Shown one piece after another: positions 36,954 through 42,035 of a stretch of DNA of 42,035 nt. Origin of the DNA: Verrucomicrobiota bacterium (lineage in GTDB: Bacteria > Verrucomicrobiota > Verrucomicrobiia > Verrucomicrobiales > DEV007); NCBI GenBank assembly GCA_045046875.1, contig JASFYY010000126.1:1-42035 (forward strand), written 5' to 3'. How positions within the stretch are numbered: position 1 is the first letter of the stretch; every line of letters starts with the position of its first letter. The translations under genes were made by a program, and so were the position numbers. The notes beneath the pieces were generated by a model. The model ran no database searches. It saw only the letters and a list, made by a program, of their open reading frames with translations, and was not told the origin of the DNA.

Positions 36954-37922
36954 ATGAAGCTTGCGTCCGTATTATCACCACTTTCAGATCATAATCTTCG
37001 TCTCGCTGCTCAATGCGGGGTGGAGGGGGTGGTTCATCGTTATCCCGGACCCGGCTTGGAGGATTTGTTGGCGGTGAAGGAAAAGATCGAAGCGCAAGGT
37101 ATGCAACTGATGGGCGTCGAAGGGTTTTTACCGATTGAAAAAATCAAAACCGGGACGGATTCCGATGGGGCTGAACTGGCTTTGATGAAACAGTTGGTCA
37201 TCAATATGGGAAAAGCCGGGGTCTCAATGCTTTGTTATAATTTCATGGCGGGCACAGACTGGGTCAGGACACGCATGGATGCTCCTGAGCGGGGGGGAGC
37301 TCAGGTCACGGCGTTTCGATTGGCTGATGTTAAAAATGCGGTTTCTCTCAATGACGACCGTCAGACCATTTCCGAACAAAAGATCACAGCGGAGCAACTG
37401 TGGGAAAATCTGGCTACTTTTTTAGCTGAGATCATTCCTGTGGCTGAAGCCGCTGGGGTGGTTCTGGCGATGCACCCCGATGACCCGCCGATTGCGGAAT
37501 TCCGAGGCAAAGAGCGCATTATGAATTCGGCGCAGAGCTTTGAGCGTCTGTTGGCTTTGAATGATCATCCCAGCAATGCGATCTGCTTTTGTCTGGGCTC
37601 TTTTGCTGCGTTGGGCTTGGATACTGAAAAGATCCAACAGGTGATTGGAAAACTAGGAAATAGAATAGCGTATGTTCATTTTCGCGATGTGCGAGGCACC
37701 CCCGAAGACTTTGCCGAAACTTTTCATGATAACGGGCCTACAGACATGGCAGCGATTATTCGCAGCTTGCGCGAAGTGGGTTTTGATGGGCCGTTGCGCC
37801 CGGATCACGTGCCGCAGTATGACGGTGAGTTCGATCTGGATCCTGGATATACCATGCTCGGTCGCTTGTTTGCCTTTGGTTATATCCGCGGCTTGTTGCA
37901 CGCCACGGTGACGGCGGATTAG
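36954..37922 (+). CDS. uxuA: Mannonate dehydratase family protein
   Basis: CYNFM, DWVRT, MHPDDPP, HFRDV, ETFHD, RPDHVP, GYTMLGRLFAFGYIRG. Confidence 0.88.
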   Translation: MKLASVLSPLSDHNLRLAAQCGVEGVVHRYPGPGLEDLLAVKEKIEAQGMQLMGVEGFLPIEKIKTGTDSDGAELALMKQLVINMGKAGVSMLCYNFMAGTDWVRTRMDAPERGGAQVTAFRLADVKNAVSLNDDRQTISEQKITAEQLWENLATFLAEIIPVAEAAGVVLAMHPDDPPIAEFRGKERIMNSAQSFERLLALNDHPSNAICFCLGSFAALGLDTEKIQQVIGKLGNRIAYVHFRDVRGTPEDFAETFHDNGPTDMAAIIRSLREVGFDGPLRPDHVPQYDGEFDLDPGYTMLGRLFAFGYIRGLLHATVTAD

Positions 37923-38027
37923 GCCGGAGGCACAGTATTCCGACTGTTCCTGAACAAAAATTCTGATATATCATTGGATTGTATCGGAATGTTCGTTTAG
38001 TATTCATTGGGTTTAACCATTAGGAAC

Positions 38028-38624
38028 ATGCCAAGAAAAAAAGAATACGATCGCGAGGAAGTGCTGCAGAAAGCTACGGCGGTGTTTTGGGAAAAGGGCT
38101 TCGAAGGCACTTCGATGAAAGATCTGGTTGCGGCCACCGGGCTCAATCGATTCAGCATGTACGATGCTTTTGAGAATAAAGAAGGTTTGTTCAAGGAAGC
38201 ATTGCGTTTTTATATGAGCCAGATGGAAGATCAGCTTTTTGTTGATATGCGGGACAATGCACAAGGTTTGGCGAGCATTTATGCGTTTTATGACCGCCTG
38301 CTAGAGCTGATTGACTCTGGTGGGAATATGACGGGCTGCCTGGTACTGAATACCGCTGTGGACTGCCCTTGCCGTGAGAAGGTGATCATGGAAATGGTGC
38401 AAGACCAGTACCGTAAATCCCAGGATTTGTTAGAAGCTTGTTTGCAACTGGCCAAGAACAAAGGAGAAATTTCAAGCGACGCGGATCCTGGGGCTCTCGC
38501 CCAGTATTTGGTGGGTATCAACCATGCGATGATGGTGATGCAGCGTATTCATACGCCGATTGAAGAAACGCGAAGTTTTTTGGATACGGCATTAAAAAAC
38601 CTTCGGCCTTTAAGCGCGGCTTGA
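38028..38624 (+). CDS. TetR/AcrR family regulator (NemR/ComR-like)
   Basis: MPRKKEYDRE...FWEKGFEGTSMKDL...SMYDAFENKEGLF; GCLVLNTA. Start ATG 38028. Confidence 0.93.
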   Translation: MPRKKEYDREEVLQKATAVFWEKGFEGTSMKDLVAATGLNRFSMYDAFENKEGLFKEALRFYMSQMEDQLFVDMRDNAQGLASIYAFYDRLLELIDSGGNMTGCLVLNTAVDCPCREKVIMEMVQDQYRKSQDLLEACLQLAKNKGEISSDADPGALAQYLVGINHAMMVMQRIHTPIEETRSFLDTALKNLRPLSAA

Positions 38625-38640
38625 ACTTTATTTACGCATT

Positions 38641-38656
38641 TCTGAACGATTATTCC
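38641..38656. promoter_or_regulatory. Candidate TetR operator
   Basis: TCTGAACGATTATTCC; the core is 10/12 to the palindrome GAACGATCGTTC and is repeated at 38944. Confidence 0.5.
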
Positions 38657-38727
38657 GTTTTTTTTAGCGGAAGTTGAAAGTTTAAAGAAAAACCACCGTC
38701 TGAAAATTATACAGAGGAATAAGGGTA

Positions 38728-38937
38728 ATGATGAAAGACACAACTATAGAGTTTGAAACAGAAATGGCATTTGAGCGTTTGATCGGGGCTTTGTGGATAA
38801 CAAGCGGCACGCTCATTGTATTATTGATCGTCTTGATGGTATATGCCTCCGCCGAACCTGAAGGGACACAGGCTGCTGCAACAAATGAGATAAGCCCTTA
38901 TTCCCAGGGTATTGAAACAAGCAGAGAATTTTTTTAG
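38728..38937 (+). CDS. Small single-TM hypothetical protein
   Basis: 69 aa with one hydrophobic helix; purine-rich upstream sequence; preceded by a candidate operator. Confidence 0.45.
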   Translation: MMKDTTIEFETEMAFERLIGALWITSGTLIVLLIVLMVYASAEPEGTQAAATNEISPYSQGIETSREFF

Positions 38938-38943
38938 ATTGAT

Positions 38944-38959
38944 TCTGAACGATTGTTCT
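38944..38959. promoter_or_regulatory. Candidate TetR operator
   Basis: TCTGAACGATTGTTCT; the core is 11/12 to GAACGATCGTTC. Confidence 0.55.
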
Positions 38960-38970
38960 GAATTGGAAAG

Positions 38971-39435
38971 GTGAATGTGATGAGAGAGAATATGGAGATA
39001 AGTCAAAATATCAATCACTTGATGGGGCGAGATCAAAGTCTTTGGATCTTAACGCTGATGAGTTTGGTTCTGATGCTGTCAGTCAACTGCGGTAAGTCGC
39101 AATCACGATTGAATACATTATTCCCTCATTACGTAATAGAATTGGTGGAAGCAGCGCTAGAGGTCAATTATTTTTCTGCGCAAGTCAATCGGATGGCGGC
39201 AGGTAGGTTGACTAAACATGTTAATAATGACGGCGCAGTGAATCAGGCGGGAATAAGGTGTGATGTGAATTCACAAGCGTGTGAGGACCAGGGGGATGAG
39301 GGCATTGTGCCGACCTTGATTAGTAAAGGAGGTATCGCAAGAGGTGCTAAAAAGTCGGTAAGGAAAAACAAACGAGGGAAAACTGGAGAAGTCGTAAAGT
39401 TTAATGCGCTCAATGCCGAGTATGTAGGGATTTGA
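38971..39435 (+). CDS. Hypothetical protein (orphan, uncertain)
   Basis: 154-aa ORF with one hydrophobic stretch; fills the gap and overlaps the convergent gene by 26 bp; no motif recognised. Confidence 0.35.
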   Translation: MNVMRENMEISQNINHLMGRDQSLWILTLMSLVLMLSVNCGKSQSRLNTLFPHYVIELVEAALEVNYFSAQVNRMAAGRLTKHVNNDGAVNQAGIRCDVNSQACEDQGDEGIVPTLISKGGIARGAKKSVRKNKRGKTGEVVKFNALNAEYVGI

Positions 39436-40258
39436 TTTTGTCGCTGCTTGGGGCGTTGCCTATGGGGGAAAGTAAATTTAGGAAGAACATACCCTTACGT
39501 ATTTCCTCCTTGGGCGGATGGTTATCGAACTTTTCTTGTTTGAGAAAAAAATAAGCTTGGTAAATCACCTCCTTGGAACGTTTGAGCGCGGCATGGCGTC
39601 CACGGATGATGACAAAGTCTGTCATGCCAGCGACTCTCCCACTGTCAATGCGGACAATGCCACCATTCTCAAATGGCAATATAACACTCAGTTTGGGAAT
39701 GAGTGAGCCTCGCCCCATAATGGCTCCAAGTTTATAATCGACAGGGCCGAGGGCATTGGGTAGACTTCTGGCTGTTGTTTTTAGTTCACGCAGTGCGGGG
39801 CCTAAAATATTATCTACAGGAAAACAATCAGCAAAAGTATCGGCGAATTTGTTGCCCTGATTGGGGGTGGCGATCATCACTACCCGGCCTAGATTAGTGG
39901 GAGGGTTTTTGCTAAGATAATACCGGATGACCAAGCCTCCCATGGAGTGTCCGACAAAATGGATTTTTTTGGTGAGGTTAAGGCAGTGTTTTCTGATTGC
40001 AGGCTGCAACACCTGTTTGCTGGTATTTTTAATAGATAAACGGGTTGAGGGGTAAGAGATAACGATGGCATGGAATTTTCTTTTTTGAAAATACTCAGCC
40101 GCGGGTGCCATTGAACGATCGTGTCCGAGCATGCCGTGCAGTAGAATGAAATAACCTCCCAGGGCAGGGTATTCATTGACTTTCGAAAAAGCAGGGCTCC
40201 CTATGGGGCAGAGGTTAACTGCTTCAATCATCAATAGGAGAATTATGCCGCGAGTCAT
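39410..40258 (-). CDS. Alpha/beta-hydrolase, lipase/esterase-like
   Basis: LLHG oxyanion motif, HFVGHSMGG nucleophile elbow, ATPNQG, late His (GRHA). Confidence 0.85.
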   Translation of the reverse strand: MTRGIILLLMIEAVNLCPIGSPAFSKVNEYPALGGYFILLHGMLGHDRSMAPAAEYFQKRKFHAIVISYPSTRLSIKNTSKQVLQPAIRKHCLNLTKKIHFVGHSMGGLVIRYYLSKNPPTNLGRVVMIATPNQGNKFADTFADCFPVDNILGPALRELKTTARSLPNALGPVDYKLGAIMGRGSLIPKLSVILPFENGGIVRIDSGRVAGMTDFVIIRGRHAALKRSKEVIYQAYFFLKQEKFDNHPPKEEIRKGMFFLNLLSPIGNAPSSDKIKSLHTRH

Positions 40259-40428
40259 CAGAAGAGCGCGTTATTAAAGCAAAGATCATTGTGGCAAAAT
40301 GGGGCAGAGAGCACCAGCCTTTTCTGCAATATATTTCAATTGGGTAGCAGATAATGAAATAGCACGGATTTTAATAAGATCACTTGCGTGACATCTTATA
40401 TAAGTATTTCTTCTGTAGGTAAAAAAGT

Positions 40429-41325
40429 ATGCAGGTAGAGACATTCAAATTGTTTTGTGACTTGGTGGAGACAGGCAGTTTTTCCGAAACCGCCGAGCGC
40501 AATGGCATCACCCAGAGTGCGGTCAGTCAGCGCATCAAAGCGTTGGAGGATCAATATGAAGTGCTGTTGATTGAAAGAGGGCGCAAAAATTTTGCGGTGA
40601 CGGCTGAAGGCGATGTGTTTTTGAAGACCGCTCGTGATATGATCGATTTATATCAAAGCATCGGAGGCAGTTTGCGTGCGATGCGGGATCGGGTGGAAGG
40701 CGAATTGAAAATATCAACGGTTTACAGTATCGGTTTTCACGAGCTTCCGCCGATTATGGAAGAGTATCTCCAACGTTTTGCCGAGGTGAAACCGGTGTTG
40801 CAATACCGCAGGGCGAACCAGGTTTATACCGATGTGTTGGCTTCGAAAGCGGATGTGGGTCTGGTGGCTTATCCGCAAGCACGCAAAGGGGTGGAAGTGG
40901 AAACCGTGTGGAAGGATAAATTAGTGATGATTTGTCCTCCGGGACATGACTTGGCAAAAATGGAGTCGATTGAGTTGAAGCAACTGGATGGACAACGTTT
41001 TATTTCATTTGAACCCGATTTGCCGACGCGCAAGGCGCTCGATGAAATGCTCAAGCAAGCGGGGGTGAAGGTGAAAGAAGTGATGGAGTTTGATAATATC
41101 GAAACGGTCAAACGCGGGGTGCAGATTGAGCAAGCTCTGTCTATTGTGCCGCGGGATTCGGTTAAAGCGGAGGTTCAAAGCGGAGTGTTGTGTCAGATTG
41201 ACATCGCTGCGCAAGATGTCTGGCGTCCGTTGGGTATCGTGCGTCGCCGCAGCAAAGCGATCAACCCTGCGATGCGGGAGTTCATCGCTTTGTTGAAAGA
41301 GTTGGGCAAAGGCAAGGGTGAGTAA
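40429..41325 (+). CDS. LysR family transcriptional regulator
   Basis: GSFSETA...TQSAVSQRIKALE HTH; substrate domain with EFDNIETVKR. Confidence 0.95.
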   Translation: MQVETFKLFCDLVETGSFSETAERNGITQSAVSQRIKALEDQYEVLLIERGRKNFAVTAEGDVFLKTARDMIDLYQSIGGSLRAMRDRVEGELKISTVYSIGFHELPPIMEEYLQRFAEVKPVLQYRRANQVYTDVLASKADVGLVAYPQARKGVEVETVWKDKLVMICPPGHDLAKMESIELKQLDGQRFISFEPDLPTRKALDEMLKQAGVKVKEVMEFDNIETVKRGVQIEQALSIVPRDSVKAEVQSGVLCQIDIAAQDVWRPLGIVRRRSKAINPAMREFIALLKELGKGKGE

Positions 41326-41333
41326 AGCGGAGC

Positions 41334-42035
41334 TTACTCGGCAAGATTGGGAGCTAGCCATTTCCCTGCCTCTTCGAGGCTGATGCCCTTGCGTTTGGCG
41401 TAATCTTCCAGTTGATCGGGTAGGATCCGTCCGACGTTGAAGTAACGTGCTTTAGGGTGGAAAAAGTATAGACCGCTTACCGAGCTGCCGGGATACATGG
41501 CGTAAGAACTCGTCAGGCTGATGCCGACTTGTTGTTCAACTTTGAGGGCATCCCACAAAATGCTTTTTTCCGTATGATCGGGGCAAGCGGGGTAGCCGGC
41601 GGCTGGGCGAATGCCACGGTAGCGTTCTTTGATCAGCTCTTCGGTGCTGAGATTTTCGTCGATACCGAAACCAATAAAATCGCGCACTTTTTTGTGCATC
41701 AGCTCGGCCAGGGCTTCAGCAAAACGATCGGCCAGAGCCTGGATGATAATAGCGGTGTAATCATCGCCTGCTTGTTTGAAGGTCTCGGCGTAATCATCCA
41801 CTTCCTGACCAGCGGTCACCGCAAAGGTTCCTAGATAATCTGTTAGTCCGCTATCCAATGGAGCGATAAAATCAGAGAGGCATTGGTAGGGCGAATCGGC
41901 TTTGATTTTTTCCTTTTGCTGGCGCAAAAAATGGAAACGTTGCATTTCTTCTTTGCGATCGATGCCGGTATAAATCGCTACATCATCGCCGATGCTGTTG
42001 GCTGGATGTATCCCCCAGGTGGCGCGGGCATGAAC
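41334..42035 (-). CDS. metH: B12-dependent methionine synthase, C-terminal activation domain (partial; runs off the window)
   Basis: Frame is open to the window end (PANSIGDD); LRQQ, CLSDF, ALADRFAEA, YRGIRPAAGYPACPDH, SVSGLYF, WLAPNL. Confidence 0.96.
   Translation of the reverse strand, partial: VHARATWGIHPANSIGDDVAIYTGIDRKEEMQRFHFLRQQKEKIKADSPYQCLSDFIAPLDSGLTDYLGTFAVTAGQEVDDYAETFKQAGDDYTAIIIQALADRFAEALAELMHKKVRDFIGFGIDENLSTEELIKERYRGIRPAAGYPACPDHTEKSILWDALKVEQQVGISLTSSYAMYPGSSVSGLYFFHPKARYFNVGRILPDQLEDYAKRKGISLEEAGKWLAPNLAE

Overview
Bacterial chromosomal window, most likely from a Verrucomicrobiota (PVC) organism; the taxonomy is inferred from gene content and protein style, not from a marker gene. 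Housekeeping blocks are lolA-gmhA-prs, rplY-pth-rpsF-ssb, ruvB, bamA-skp-lpxD, recN and a partial metH. Accessory content between them includes: (i) a minus-strand cluster of GntR regulator, FG-GAP/BNR (sialidase-like) fusion, Na+/solute symporter and DHDPS/NAL-type aldolase, which looks like an uncharacterised ulosonic-acid utilisation system; (ii) a divergent tandem-SIS protein with the MurQ pseudo-dimer layout of eukaryotic glucokinase regulatory protein; (iii) four orphan ORFs; (iv) a 2085-aa secreted TPR protein in a run with recN, a lipoprotein and a DpaA-like enzyme; (v) a TetR gene with three candidate operators. Non-coding highlights are a ~270-bp nested-hairpin REP/REPIN-like element in two copies (one internal hairpin flipped, plus a third diverged arm), a GTAG-type REP inside the TPR gene's N-terminus, and a near-consensus sigma70 promoter with a structured leader upstream of rplY. 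No rRNA, tRNA, CRISPR array, transposase or integrase was recognised. All calls are by eye from motifs; no database search was run.
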